In this document: one piece after another, positions 10,779-24,616 of the stretch | Layout: the number at the start of each line of letters is the position of its first letter | Position numbering within the stretch: position 1 is the first letter of the stretch | From: Podospora anserina | Taxonomy: Eukaryota | Assembly: GCA_017654855.1 (NCBI GenBank) | Contig: CM030335.1 | Location: 310,001-374,000 of the forward strand | DNA length: 64,000 bases | Reading direction: 5' to 3' | Notes under the pieces: generated by a model | What the model was told of the DNA's origin: nothing | What the model saw: only the letters and a program-made list of their open reading frames with translations | Databases searched by the model: none | Program-made: the position numbers and the translations under genes

Positions 10779-12909
10779 TCATAACCAAGCCTCACCGTTG
10801 AGAGAAAAACCGGCCGGAACCACCACCTCAATTCCCATAACCCCCACATGCCCCCCACTAGCATGAACATCATCATCATCCCAACTCCCACTCACCCTCC
10901 TCCTAGGCCACGTGGCCTTGAACGCCAGCGCTGGTTCCCAAAACATGAACTCTGTAATATCCTCCTTCCCAATCCCATACATCTCCGCCAACCCCCCCCT
11001 CGTCAAAACCCCCGACTCCACCACCAGCTCAAACACCTCCCGTGTCGGAAACAAGATGTCCAACGTGACCGAATACGGCCCCGCGTTCTTCGTCCTGAGC
11101 GTCTTGGCCAGCTTATACAACGGCACCGAAGACGGAAGCGCCGATTTCGGAAAACACGTCAATTCCGGCGCAACCAAAGAAGGCGGGAACAACGGCCGGG
11201 AAGACTTGAGCTTTTCAAGGGGGGAGATCTCTTTTGGGTGGGTCCCGCTGGGAAAAAAAAAGGGGGTTAGCAACAGAAAAAGTGGAGACTTCAAAGTAAA
11301 CAAAGAGGGGACAAAAACATAACATACTTTGTTTGAATCTCCTCAGGGGCGAGCACCCTCCCGACAGTCTGCACAGATATGGGGAATGGCGCCACGGGGT
11401 CGTCGATCTCCATGAGATGGTACATGCAAAACTGCGTCGCCGGCCCGACAGAGATGTCACACGGGGCGAGCGGCATGGCAAAGTTCCCTGCTGTGGCTAC
11501 CTGCCCTGGGTAGGGGGCGTGGACAAAGTATACCTTTGCCAGGTTTGCCACAGCCTTGGCTTGCGCCGGTGTTTGTGCCAGGACTTTACCCAGCACACCA
11601 ATCTCGGTGGGGAAGTGTGCTGGTTGAGGGGCGATGCCGGGTATGAGGGGTGTCTGGCCGTAGAATTTGAAGCTGAGGTCAAAGTCAAAGGTGTAGACTT
11701 GATGCAGGCGCTTCTTGATCATGGGCACCAACAAATCGTTGAGCTGGGACTGCATGATGGGGTCGCGGATGCCGCCGATGAAGATGGCGAGGTGACCAGT
11801 CACCTTGGCCGCTTCGAGCTTGATGGTGTACTTTGTGTTGCTGACGCTTGGCTCCGGCGAGGACTGGTCGGGCGAAAAGGGGATGAATTTGGATCCGGTT
11901 ACACGGATCGTCCGGCCGTCAGGGAGCTGTGTGTACGTCGAGTCGCGGACGTCAAGAATCCCGCCCGGTCCGGCAAGGAGGTCAGGCCGGGGCTTCTCAT
12001 ACATGGTGTGCGCCGCCACAGAAAGAGGTGTGCACTTGGCTACCGGATTCAGGGGCCGGATTTCAAAGCAATCCTGTCGAACAATAGCCAAAGCCTCGGC
12101 ACTCTTTGGCGTCGCGCAGACAGCACCGCATTCCATGATTTTGCCCATGTGGTGAGCAAGACCAAGATCCGGGAAGCCATTGTGCACACAAAAGGCCACG
12201 TAAGGCGCCGGATCATAGGATCGACCTGCGATGATGATGTCGAAGTCAGGATGGTTCCGCATGGCCTGTACCCAGGGCTCAAGGCCCATCTGGGCAACGA
12301 TGACCACGGCATCGTCAATGTCCGAAGACAGGAGCTCCGGGACACCTCCACCGCACGGCGTGGTTTCACCTCGGCCAAGACTAGCTCGTACCTCGGACTT
12401 GGTAATCTCGGAGTGAATGGTGACGATCTTTAGTTGGCGATACTTTTCCCTTTCGACAACCTCATTGACAATGTCGACAAGAAGCTGCACGTGGGCATTT
12501 GTTCCGTCGCCTCCGGCAGAGCCTATGAGAAGATTACTTAGTCATCATTTCTCCGCGAGCTAATGTCGGTGTGGACGCCCCGCAAGTACCTATCCGTCTG
12601 ACATTCCAGCGCCCCCCGTACGACGTGGGCCGCACCAAGAGCGTGAAACAAACGATACTTACCGATAAGAACGGGGATGTGGTTGTTCGCGCTGGCGGTG
12701 ACAAGAAGCTTGAGGTCCCGCTCATATGCCTCTCGCGAAGCAGACGTCAGTCCCAAGGCCAGGCGCGAGGGCCCACTGTCTGTAGAGCCACTGTCGAGGA
12801 TGATGGCGTCGACGCCGTTCTCTATCTCGGTCCAGTACAGGTGCTCGTCGAAGGAGTACCCCAGCATGCCAATTGGCGTGAGGATCCTGAGTTCGTCCTT
12901 TACCGCCAT
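10779..12909 (-). CDS. AtuA-like (DUF1446, acyclic terpene utilisation family) enzyme fused to a C-terminal DUF4387 domain; 2 introns
   Basis: LRILTPIGMLGY, DSGSTDSGPSRLALG, IG|SAGGDG, VAQMG, IIAGRSYDPAP, HMGKIMECG and AHTMYEKPRPD match the AtuA/DUF1446 pattern. C-terminal LAKTLRTKNAGPYSVTLDILF...DDVH matches DUF4387. Assignments are from motif recall. Confidence 0.8.
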
Positions 12910-14444
12910 GTTCTGCTTTGTTGATGATGTCGTTTGGTATCGAACCAGAGGTGGTGGTGGTGGTGGTGATGCTTGGCTGATATGGAAAAGAGATAATGGC
13001 CGTGCTCTACCAGGGTCTGATCGACAGGCAGCGCGGGGAGGGTGGTACTGAGTCACACTGAATCAAATGGCGATCTTGGAATCTTTCGGCTGCCACTGTG
13101 CCACAAGACAAGACCTGTCGCGAGAGACTTTGCATGCATGATGAGTGTGTACGCGTCCCAAGCCCAAGCACCCCCCTTTATAGATGGCGGCTGTCCCTCC
13201 CTATCCTGTTGGACGGTACCGGTTAGCAAGAGTAAGTTGATAGACACAACATGACGGCAATTTGCATTAAGTGAGGGATGATCCCATAAAACAAGGTGAT
13301 GTTGCTTGGACAGGAGCCGGACGTTAAAAACTCAACCGAGGCTCCGTGTCTCTGATATCGTGTTTGACTGACTCAATATATTTCGTCCCTCGTTGCAGGG
13401 TCCAACTCGACAAAACAGATGGTTTCCAGGCTGGAGAAATGAGGGAGTAGACGAACAGAGGGAGATACCGAGTATATGGTGTTTTTTTTTGAGTAAGTGT
13501 AATAATAATAAGGTTATGCAAGTGCCGGAATCTGACTCGGTGTAGAGACAGTTCGGAATGTGTGTGAGAAATGCTGGACGCGCCTCGGACTTGCAGTCTG
13601 ACAGCTTGTGCAGTTCTGTACAGTCAGCAGTAAAAATGGGTGACTAGGTGACATGCAGCCAATGGATGCCGAAATATTAATGGGAAAGTGCTACCCAGAG
13701 TGCATGGGGAGGGGTCACAGTGCTGGATCCTCGGCCTTGGTAGGCGAGCCCGTTCCTAATATTTCGCGCGGCGGGTACCTAGCCAGCTACCTAGCGGGAG
13801 CATAAAAAGTCCCCTGAATTGGTTGGCTGGGACACGGCTGGCGATCACACCTGACATGGAAACTTCAAGTTCATTGTTCCATCATATACCTACCTACCTC
13901 TTCCCCGGCCATCCTCCCCCGCACACCACATGCACCTCTGGCCAACTTTGGGTCCTCGGAATGCCAACCATCCCTTTGAATCTGGCAGGTATCACAAGTT
14001 GTTCATCTCTTCCCATCCCACGTCGTCAACGACTCCCCGCTCGTTTCATGTTGAGGTTGGCGCTTCCTGTTGCTGCTGCCACGCAAGCAACGTTCCTCAC
14101 TTCCGCTTGAGGTCATCCCCACGATAGGGAACCACGGGACCAGTGGGCACGACGGGCGGCTAGGTGAAGTAAGTATGATTTCACTATCCCTTGCGTCTTT
14201 CTCCAACCCGGAGTATGTAGAACGTCACCCTCCCTTACCCCCCCGCGAATTACAACCGTATACTACTCGATGGCGACGCTGACGATATCTCCTAGGGATC
14301 ATCATCCTGTCTTTGAGACATTCCTAGGTTCATCGCCGATCATTGTCTTGACTGTAGTTATATGCCTCGACCTCGGCACTTGAGCAGCCATAGTAGTATC
14401 TTGGCCAGAAGCAACTGAAGTGGCTCGACAAACAGCAGCAAGAC

Positions 14445-16181
14445 ATGGCGCAATCGCCCGTGACCCCCGTAGGCTCAAGTCTAGGACTTGGGGACGATAA
14501 AAGCTTTTCAAAGGCCGGAGTCTCAAGCGATCCAGGCGATGGCGAGGTCAGCGACCGTCTTGACGTTGACGCCAGCCATAGCGAGGATGGCGACCACTCT
14601 AACGGACTGTACGCCCATCGCGAGATTTCCTTGACCGCAGAGGAAAGGAAAGCCGAAAAGAGGTTCCTTCTCAAGATTGACTTTATTATCTTACCTTTGA
14701 TTGCATCCATTTACTTTCTCGCTGCGCTGGTAAGTCGCCCGGCCATCCTTCCGTTTTTCGCTCTCCCCAAAGCTAACGTCGTTGTCAGGACCGAAGCGAT
14801 GTTGGCAATGCGGCCGTGGCCGGCATGACAGCCGATCTGAACTTGACCGCCGCAGAGCTCAGTTTCTGCGTGGCCTTCTTCTACATTGGTTTCTTGGCCT
14901 TCCAGCTTCCCGGCTCCATCATGGTCAGGCTGTTGACGCCCCCTATCCAACTGGGCACTGCATTGGTCATCTGGGGCGGTGCCACCGCCATCATGACAGA
15001 AGCAAATAACTGGCAAACCATCGCCGGTCTCCGCATAGTAGTCGGTTGCTTCGAAGCATTCATCCAAGGCGCCCCGCTGTACCTTACTTTCTGGTACAAG
15101 CCCCACGAGCTCGCCACCCGCGGTGCAATCTTCATGTCCATGACGAGCCTGGCCGGGAGCATGAATGGCTTGATAGCGTATTCCATTCAGACGACCATGG
15201 AGGGTGCCCACGGTCGGAGGGCCTGGCGGTGGATTTTCCTTATCGAGGGTGTGGCGTCTGTTGGGTTTGGGGTGCTCATCTTTTTCATCCTGCCCAACAC
15301 GCCGGAGAAGGTGAAGAGGTGGTTTACCGAGGAGGAGAAGAAGATTGCGCTGAGGAGGACGAAGGAGGCGTATAATATCCCAAACACGAAGATTAGTTTG
15401 GGGCAGCTGAAGGCGACGGTTAGGGATCCGAAGACGTGGTTTTATTGTGAGTTTTCCTGATGATTAACAGGAGGAAGACTACTGACTAAAGCACAGGTGT
15501 CATCAACCTCGCCGCTGCCATCAGTCAAGCAGCATGGGGCCAGTTCTTGCCTGTGCTACTCAACCTCAACGGGTACACCCCCAACGAAGCCCAAATCATG
15601 TCCATTCCTGTCTATGTCTGCGCAGGAGTGTCGGCGATTGCGTGCGGGTACCTTTCCGATCGCTTCCGCATGAGAGGAATCTTTGTTATCGTCGGGCTAC
15701 TCGTTGCCGCGGCAGGATGGCTTGTTCTCATCCTCAGCAAGAACCAACAGCTCTCCTACGCGGGCACATACTTTGTCGGCATTGGGTCGTCACCATGTGT
15801 GATTGTTATGTTGGCATGGATGAATAACAATGTCCTGGGCTACACGAAGAAGTACACCCCCTCGCGACCCCCTTTTCGGAGACAGTCACTAACATGAACA
15901 ACAGAGCGGGAACACTAGCCATAGTCAACATGATCGGCCACCTAGGCGCCATCGGCGTTTCTTTCTCTTTCAACAACAAGCCTGATTACTACCTTGGGAA
16001 GTCACTGGCTATGGGATCAGCGCTCATTGCGACCTGCACGACTATTCTGTTCTTCTTTTACCTGGATCGGCAAAACGCGCGGAAGCTGGCGAATAAGGAC
16101 ACGGTGGAGGCGCGGATGCTGAGGCAGAAGACGGTGGAGGAGGTGTTTGATGGACATCCGGATTTCATGTATTCGAAGTAG
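14445..16181 (+). CDS. MFS transporter, anion:cation symporter (Dal5/Tna1 allantoate/nicotinate permease) family; 3 introns
   Basis: LLKIDFIILP..YFLAAL|DRSDVGNA, YLTFWYKPHELATR, RAWRWIFLIEG, YLSDRFRMRG and C-terminal HPDFMYSK. Confidence 0.92.
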
Positions 16182-17097
16182 ACTGACTGCATTGGGTGGT
16201 ATGGCAGGTAGGGGGTTAACTCGGGCGTTTATTTTTTTGGTGTAGCATTTTGGATTTTTTCTTTAATTGGATGGGGTGAAATAAGAAAATTAAGTCTTTA
16301 CCATTGCATTGGGAGTATATCACAGACAGTGATGAGACCTTTGGGTATGTGAAATTTCTTGGAATGGGTGTGCTCGGTGAAGAAAATTGACCGATGAGTG
16401 TGCAAATGGTTTATGCATGGCACAACTTACAACTGGGTTGCTTAATTGGATTGGTTTACGAAGAGACATTGACCCCTCCCGATTAGGAAGGTGAAAGTAC
16501 ACCTGGCGATGGGTGAGGTGGAAAAACGGCGTCAGCAGGTCTGTGACTCGGTTGGGGTTTTTGAGGTTGGGGGTGCTGGTTGGGGAGGATCTTTGGGATC
16601 TGCAGTACATTGGATTGGATATGTTTTTCAACCTGCAAACATCCTGGATTGATTTGATAGGGGTGAGTAAGCGGTTATTCCCGGAAAGGACGAGGTGAGG
16701 TAATGAGTTCCAGGAGATTGGTCGAGACTGATAAGCCTGGCAAGGCTTTGCTGACCTCGAGGCGTGGCGCAGCTGGTACTTATAACAGGGTTTGGCTAGT
16801 TGCCGAGAAGACTCGTACAAATCGTATAGAAGGTTTCCAGTGAATGTAGACCAACGCGTCACTGTAGACAAGGCATTGTCGGGAAACACAGCCGAGTGCA
16901 ACAGAGTGGAGTCTGTGGTGATCATCGCAGGCATGGTGGTATATACATGTACTATATAAGAAAGACTGGCTTCCATTTATTGACCGAATTGACCATTGAG
17001 TTTGGGCGTGTAGCCGGTTCGGCCCCTGTTTGAAAGATTTCTTTGCACCAAGGCTTTGTTCTCATCATACTGTCTTGTTCGGCGTCAGAAGCCCATC

Positions 17098-18877
17098 ATG
17101 AGATCCTGTTCTCCCTCTTTGAGAGGGCTGACAGTCTGTTCAGTGGTCTTGTCAATTTCCCTTGCGTCAGCCAAACCTCTCTCATTCCGATCTCGCAACG
17201 ACACCACAACCGCTGTAAAAAAAATCAGCTGGGCACCATGCAATTTCAACGTTTCAGGCGACCCTCTTGCAGACCAAATCGACTGCGGGAGTCTGGTTGT
17301 ACCGCTCGATTACACCGACCCAACCTCCAATGAGACCCTCACGTTGTCTCTGCTGAGAAGCAAAGCCGTCTCCCCTAGCGCCACAGGAAACAAGAAGAGC
17401 ATGCTGTTCAACTTTGGCGGGCCAGGCTACCCGGCAAGAACTACCCTGGCAGAAAATGCCGTTACTCTGCACAAGTGAGTTTGGCTTCGCTTGATGGTGA
17501 GAGATGTGCAAGCTGACAAGACAACAGCATGACTGGCGGAGAATATGACCTCGTCGCCTTTGATCCACGGTACTTACCATCTTCCCCATACTTTTTGCTA
17601 TCAACCCACATCCTAACCAGAGTAACAGCGGCACGGCCGACACCATCACCTTCAGATGCTATGCCAATCAGACCGAGCGCCTCGCAGCAACCGCTTCCCT
17701 CCCCATCCTCGACCTCACCCCCGGCGCCAGCGCCCCCAACGCCTTCGCCGAAAACTACGCCAACGCCGTCGCCCTCTCCCAACGCTGCGCCGCCTACAAC
17801 CTCGACCCAGCCCTCCAAAAGAACGCCAACGTTCTCACCACCGGAATGGTAGCCCGCGATCTAATGGCTGTAGTCGACTCCCTCCACACCTTCGAAGAAG
17901 AAGACGGTCTCCTCCACTACTGGGGCATCTCCTACGGCTCCCTCCTCGGCGCCACCGTCGCCGCACTCTTCCCAGACAGAATGGAACGCCTCATCCTCGA
18001 CGGAATAGTCAACGCAGAGAATTACTACCACCACTTCGGCATCGACATCGACCAACTCCTCTCTTCTGACGACGCCTTCCGGGGTGTGCTATCCGACTGC
18101 CTCAAAATCGGCACCTCCCGCTGTGCCCTAGCCGACATCAACTCCACCGCTCCCGAGCTAGAAGCCACGCTCCTCGCCATGGTCGACCGCTACCAATCCA
18201 ACCCCGTCGCCGCGGCCGGCAAGGTAATCAACGGGAAATTCGTCAAAGAAATCCTCATAGTCATCATAAAATACCCCACTGGCATCGTCCCCCTAGCCAC
18301 AGTCTACATCCGCTCCCTCCTCGAAGGCAAAAACCTCGACGGGGTGGTGGCCTTCCACACGGCGCTCTACAACGCCGTCAGCATGGGTGACAATGACGCC
18401 TTGACGGGAATAGCCTGCTCAGACAAGGTCATCCGCGCCACTGGGCCCACGGATCAGAAGTTGATAGATGACACGAATCACATGTTCAACTCGACAAAGA
18501 TATTTGGCGGGTTGCTAGCCGGGATCGCCAGCCAGTGCGCCGAGTGGCCTCTTGAGGGGAGGGGGAAGTACACGGAGCACTGGTTTGATGAGGAAGGACG
18601 GCCAAGGGTGATTAAGACGAGGAAGCCGATTTTGTTTGTCGGGAATCGGTATGATCCTGTGACGCCGGTCAAGTCGGCGGTGGCCATGTCAAGCGTTTTT
18701 GAGGGGAGCCGGGTGTTGGAACGGGATGCGTTTGGGCATGCGTCGATGGCGCAGTGGTCGGATTGCACGGCCGAGGTGTTTAGGGGGTATTTTGGGGAGG
18801 AGATGGTTCTGCCTGAGGACAAGAAGGTTTGTGAGGTTGATGTTGGGGTGTTTGACGTTGGGGTGTTTCCTGGGTAA
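17098..18877 (+). CDS. Secreted alpha/beta hydrolase, peptidase S33 / TAP-like; 2 introns
   Basis: Signal peptide, CGSLVVPLDY, NFGGPG, FDPR|G, nucleophile motif YWGISYG, LILDG, DPVTP and catalytic GHAS. Confidence 0.9.
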
Positions 18878-21242
18878 AGCTTCAGTACGTAGGTACCTAG
18901 CTCAACCATACATGAAAGCCTTGAAAGGCTCCTCTTCAAGCCCCGAGTCCCCTCGCTGGTCTTGTCAAATGTCAAGAGATTGTCCAACCATGCTGATCGC
19001 CGTCTCATCGGCAAGACACTACACGCCAAGCAACCATGTGGTTGAGAGACTTTGCTATTTTGAGAGAAGTTGAAGAGACACCAACCTTCAGAATATGATA
19101 TGTTCAGTCTAGAATATCGCCAAGCCTGCTTGTTGCGCAGCGCACGGTGCAGAAGGCGCCACGCGCAGGCTGTGCCCTGAAAGCGCTGGTCGCGTCCAAC
19201 TTTCTGAGCACATTTGCCATTGCACTTCATGTTGCATCAACCACTCAAGCTCCATGCAGGACTCGTTGTTTTCTTCCGGTACTGGCTGGCATCTTGTTCC
19301 TGACGACAGATTCATCTATCTGCGACAATATCCACCCATCTACACTGCGCGACGCGTGTGGAATCGAAATATCCTCACCTCCAACCTCGCGACTTTCTGT
19401 CAACTCCATCTCCAGCCACCTCTGAACTTTGAACATTCAGCTGCCCCGCACCCTGCAATGAGAAGCATTCCCTGAAGCTTTCACCATTTTTGAGTCAGTC
19501 ATTCTCGGCGACGCCATGTCGGTTCGTTGATGTCGAGATCGCGGTCGGCAGTTGTGGTTGTGCCGATGCATATGCGTGGCAGTCAGTCTGCATGCATCAA
19601 GTCCCGAGCGAGCCGAGCAGTCAGGAGTCAGGCTGATATAGCAGAATTGACTGCAGAACCGTGAGAACCTGTCGCTGATATTGGTTTGAAGCTTGCAGAT
19701 GCTTTTCTTGATGCTTTCCCACGTCAAAGAACTCGTTTCAACCCTCTCATTGGACCGCCCGGAGTTCCGTTGATGATTGCAGGCGCTCTGAAATCTGCCT
19801 TGTTGCCCCTGCCAAGACATCTTCGGCTTTTGGGCCCGCGACCCTTCAGGAACCGGTCTGGACGACTTGCCAACTCCTTCAGACCTCTCTAAGACTGCAA
19901 ACATGCTCGTTTTCCCAGCCGAATCTCAGGATCAGGTGCTGGGAATCTGGTCAAGATTGCGAACAACTCTTCAACAACCACAAGATGGCCATGCCCAGCT
20001 TGGCTCATTGACGTAGATGTCGTTGCATCCCCACATGTTTGAGGCTCTTCAGTGGATGGCAGACGTTAGCCCAGTTCATCCCGTGCAACCTGCCAGCGTG
20101 TCGCTCGGTTTCATGTTGAGCCTGCTGGGTTCCTGGGTTGCGCAGGTACTGGAAGGTTGTCCTTGGGAGACGCATAAAGGTGTGGTGGGGCAGCCGTTTT
20201 GTTTCCCCTTTTTGATGTCAACCTGCGCCTCACTTCCCCTTTTTGCAGCCCAAAAGAAGACTTGCATGAAGTTTTCTGGTCTGCAAATCCTGCTGCTGCT
20301 CATCATGGTCTTGTCATCCTGCTTCGAGAGCCAAAGCTTGGGCTCGATTGAGGTCATCGATGCGGCCCGTCTGATCTCATCAGCCCTGTTTTCTGCATAT
20401 ATATCTCAGGGATCTCTGCTAAGATATCGCGGAGAGATATGCAATGCTCTACATTTGTCCAGGTCAGCCAGTTTGTGCAAACTACCAACCTTTCTACCTG
20501 GAACGCTGGAATAAAAGCTCGGATTATACCCGGACGCCACATACCAAAACAGGCGAGATATCTGCCGAGGAGGGCTGATGAGGGGACTGGAATGACGGAA
20601 CATTTTTTGCTTGTTTCATGCTCTTTGCCAAGTTCACAGTGAGGCTCCAATCAGCACTGCCCTCTCAGTTTGGCAGCTCGATGGATTCAGATGTGGACTG
20701 ATCCAGACCTTTGCATCTCCACTTGGACGCGATCATGTCAGGGGTGCGCAGCCCGCGCCCACAGCTCTGGTCGACAGCCATGCATGCCGATGGCGCCTGG
20801 AGATGGGAGGGTGGAAACGTGGCGGGCAATATAGATGCATTTATATCTGCTCTATTTTCCCGTGCTCTTCAATTTCCTGTTCAGGTTCTCTGCCTTGGTT
20901 GCTTGAAGCTCCCGCCTTTCTTTTCGTCTGTTGCTGATATCAGAGGTTCTTGTCTTTGATCATCACTGTCCTTCTTTCGCTTTTTCCCGGTTTTCGAGAA
21001 ACCACAGGCCATTCATTTTTTTTATTTGTTGATATAGCTCCTTCCCGAGTTATCATCACTTTTTTTTTTTTTTTTTTTTGGAGCTCTCGTCCGCTCTTTC
21101 CCTGAGACCACAGCAGCACCGCACCTCTGTCTTGACACTCACTCTTTTTTCTGAGCCACAACCACCGCAGCAGTCTTGTGTGCTGTGTACGTCTTATACC
21201 CAGTATCTTTTATCACCCTCTTTTCGGGGGCCCACCGTCATC

Positions 21243-22232
21243 ATGCGTTTCGACACCATCGCGTTCGCCTCCCTCTTTTCCACCCTCGCCTCGGCCGGTG
21301 CAGTCCCCAACTACCCCGGCCTCAAAACACTGTGGTCGGATGACTTTGCCGGTGCTCCGGGTCAAATGCCCAACAGCAACCTCTGGAACATCATCACCAA
21401 GTTTGTTTTCTTCCCCGTCCCCCCTTTCCTTTCCCATGGTTACTAACCCCCCCAACCTCAGCCTCAAAACCAACAACGACCTCCAAGAATACACCACCTC
21501 CAACACCAACCTCCAGCTCTCGGGCGGTGGCACCGTCCAAATCATCCCCCGCCTCAACCGCCAAACCAACAGCTGGACCTCTGCCCGCATCGAGACAAAA
21601 GCAGTCTTCACCCCCTCCCCCGGGAAGGTCACCACCTTTGAAGGCAGCATCCGCTTCGGCGACCACCCGGTCCACATGAAGCAGGGGATCTGGCCCGCGT
21701 TTTGGATGCTGGGCAAGTCGATCCACCAGGGCACGCCCTGGCCGCAGTGCGGGGAGCTCGACATTATGGAGACGATCAACGGCGTGCCGACGGCGTATGG
21801 GACTGTGCACTGCGGGAGTGTTCCGGGAGGCCCGTGCAACGAGCCGGTGGGGAGGCACGGGACGATGGGGATCAGCCCGACGGGGTGGCACACTTATCGG
21901 ATAAGGGTTGATAGGGCGAGGGCTGGGGCGGGGGGCAGGTGGGAGGATGAGGAGATTGTTTGGGAGGTGGATGGGAGGGTGTTTCATACGTTGAGGGGGG
22001 GGGAGGTGGGGGATCAGGGGGTCTGGGGGACGCTGGCGCATAGTCCGATGTTTTTGATTTTGAATGTGGCTGTGGGGGGGGACTGGTGAGTTTTGTTTTT
22101 TGTTTTGACTGATGATGAAGTCTGGATGGATGCTAACAAAGTGGAAATAGGCCTGGTGCGCCCAATGCGCTGACTGCGGACAGCTATGGCAGTATGATGG
22201 AGGTGGAGTACGTCGCTGTGTACTCGTCGTAG
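21243..22232 (+). CDS. Secreted glycoside hydrolase family 16 (endo-beta-1,3-glucanase-like); 2 introns
   Basis: Signal peptide MRFDTIAFASLFSTLASA, WTSARIE, GIWPAFWMLG, catalytic GELDIME and LNVAVGGDW|PG..MEVEYVAVYSS*. Confidence 0.92.
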
Positions 22233-22794
22233 ATTTGTTTGGGACAGGGGCTCTTTCTCTGCCGGTAAAAGGCTAGAAAGTTTGTGTCAGAATATGGATG
22301 GACGATGGATGTCACTCTCGTTAATGATGCACGGCGTTTTTGGAGGAATGATACCATGGAAGGTTGGATACACAGACAAAAGCTTCTCTTCTTGAGTTGT
22401 ACATATTGCTTGTTCCTCGGCCTGAGGCTAGATTTAGTGTTGGAAAGTGTCTTTACCCAGCGATTTCGAGCGGTAAAATCTGTTGAGGGAAGACACCTCA
22501 AGACTTGGCTGAGCCTCCATGGCCTTGTGCTCCTTTGTTCTCTAATAATGATGCTCGGTTTGGGAGCTTTAGTTTATTCAATAAGTTGCTCGGCCCCGAT
22601 CGAAACGCATGCGAGTTTCAATTCGAACTTGGGTGATCAACATTCGCAAAGAAAACATAATGTGTTTTCATATTCCCCATCAACTGCACTAAAAAAAAAC
22701 TTTATTCTCTCACCAATGACACTATCGAGTGTTGTGTGGTGGTGCAAATGTGGAGACAAAGACGAGTGAGGTTGCAAAAATGTCAAAAGACATC

Positions 22795-22876
22795 CGACGT
22801 GGGCCTGATTCGAACAGACGCTCCCGAAGGAACAAGATTTCTAGTCTTGCGCATTAGACCACTCTGCCACCACGCC
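22795..22876 (-). tRNA. tRNA-Ser (anticodon AGA), intronless, 82 nt
   Basis: GGCGTGGTGGCAGAGTGGTCTAATGCG-CAAGA CT AGA AA TCTTG-TTCCTTCGGGAG-CGTCTGTTCGAATCAGGC-CCACGTCG. It has the acceptor stem, a long variable arm, a TTCGAAT T-loop and a downstream oligo-T. Confidence 0.95.
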
Positions 22877-24439
22877 TTAATGTGCTAACCTACTTAGAAT
22901 TTTGCAAATATGACTACCCCTCGTACCGGTCAAACAAATGCGTAGGGTCTTTGTTTTGCACTCAAAAATGTGAGAAATGTATGAAAAAGGATCATGGTGG
23001 TGAAAGGCCTGGCGGTGATGTTCCGTTGTTTGCACCACCAAAGTTTTCGCCGCATATTCTTTGTAAGAAGGTACCTACCGTAGTAGGGACGTGCCATGTT
23101 CCCAGCAAGAAGAATAGTCAACGGCGCACGAAGCAGGCGTAGTAAATATGGGTCGCCTCACCTTTTGGGAGTGGTGTGCATACCTATCTCCCGTGCCGCC
23201 GCTCTCACGATGACGGGTGTGAATTTGCAGACATGGCCTGGGGACAACTGAAAGCAAAACATGAGAAACCGATGAGCCATCAAGGATGCAGGACGAACTC
23301 CAGGTGTGGGACTATCATTTCAACGTCAATGACAGCAGATAAGGGCACCACCCTACCTCCGTCTTGTTTTGCCCATGTTTACCAAGGTCGGTGTTCCGGC
23401 CACAGGCATCGTACCTATATCTTCCGGATTGAATGTTGGAATATCGGAAAGGGGTACAGTAAACTCCACAGTGCCGATTGTCGGCTTATCCGATTTTCCC
23501 TGCGAATCTGATAACCATATCTGCACTTTTATCTGATCTATCTCTCTGTGTTTTATTTTCGGCACTCGGGTCTCTCGGCAGGAGACCGGGAGATGTTTTG
23601 AATCAGGTAATTCTTTCCGAGATGCTATCATTTCGTTGATGATCCGGGCTGGTATTATTCCAAGCCACAGATCGCCTTGAGATCTTGCACGCTAATAGAG
23701 GGTGACAATGACCAACCGAGGGTGAAGAATATTGTTCTTCACACCCCTTCGTCGGACTTTTTGAAAGCCACATATGAAGAGAAGAATTTTACCCAAAGAA
23801 AAGAACAAACCACCCCAGGTTCGGATGTCAAGCCTCCTGTCAACAAAGCCTTAAATTGTGTGCCTCGGAGATGGGAGAAGAGTTACACAAACACCTCATG
23901 TAGCCGGTGCCATCATCTGCGAGACTTGCAACTCCCCTCTTCTTCCCGTTCCTAAATCTTTCCCACGTAAAAAAAAAAAAAAAAAGCACGCCGACAAAAG
24001 TTCAAACCGGCCAACATCTCAAACTCTCAATCACCCCGTTCATGTCTCACCCTCCAACCTAAAGACCGAACCGGTCTCAAAGTCCCGCAGGAAAACCCCT
24101 ATATTCTTCAATACCCGTGACAGAAAGCGGCCCGCTGGTGGAGGTTACCAAAAAGAAACCAAAAAGAACAGCGTGAATCAAGGTGTGATCATGTATGTCT
24201 CACCTTCCGCGCCGCAGACTTAGGTGTGTGACACCGGACTGGGCTGGGCTATTCCGAAACGGACCACACCATCACTCTGATCGATGCACGTTGCCGTTTC
24301 TTGGCGACATCGAGATCGGGCCCTTATGTCGAGGCTTTAGGTAACAGCTGGGAGGTGTCGTGGGGATGTATTACTTGCCACGAGTCGTTTCCATTAATGT
24401 GAAGTACTCATATATGCTAGAAATCTGACCAAAGCTATC

Positions 24440-24558
24440 ACATACGACCATAGACAACTGAAAATACGGGATCCCGTCCGCTCTCCCCTAGTCAAACAGT
24501 TGATCGGCAGATTAGTACTCAGGTGGGTGACCACTGGGGAATCCCTGCTGTTGTATGT
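24440..24558 (+). rRNA. Dispersed 5S rRNA gene (119 nt)
   Basis: ACATACGACCATA...GATCCCGTCCGCTCTCCCCTAGTCAAAC...GATTAGTACTCAGGTGGGTGACCACTGGGGAATCCCTGCTGTTGTATGT, followed by an oligo-T terminator. TATA-like element (CATATAT) about 28-30 nt upstream, as in Neurospora-type dispersed 5S genes. Confidence 0.93.
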
Positions 24559-24616
24559 TTTTTTGTTGCTTTGTGCTCCACTAGGTGGAGCCCCCTTTTT
24601 GCCCCTTTTGGTTCCT

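Noticed and set aside
11333-12433. 366-aa + strand ORF, and similar long ORFs at 35756-36625, 43469-44308 and 52773-53756
   Set aside because: Antisense shadows of strongly codon-biased real genes.
16320-16976. 218-aa minus-strand ORF between the MFS and peptidase genes
   Set aside because: No recognisable domain and weak coding signal; could be a relic but cannot be supported.
18900-20650. Gene-like composition downstream of the peptidase
   Set aside because: All frames are interrupted and I could not recognise a homologue.
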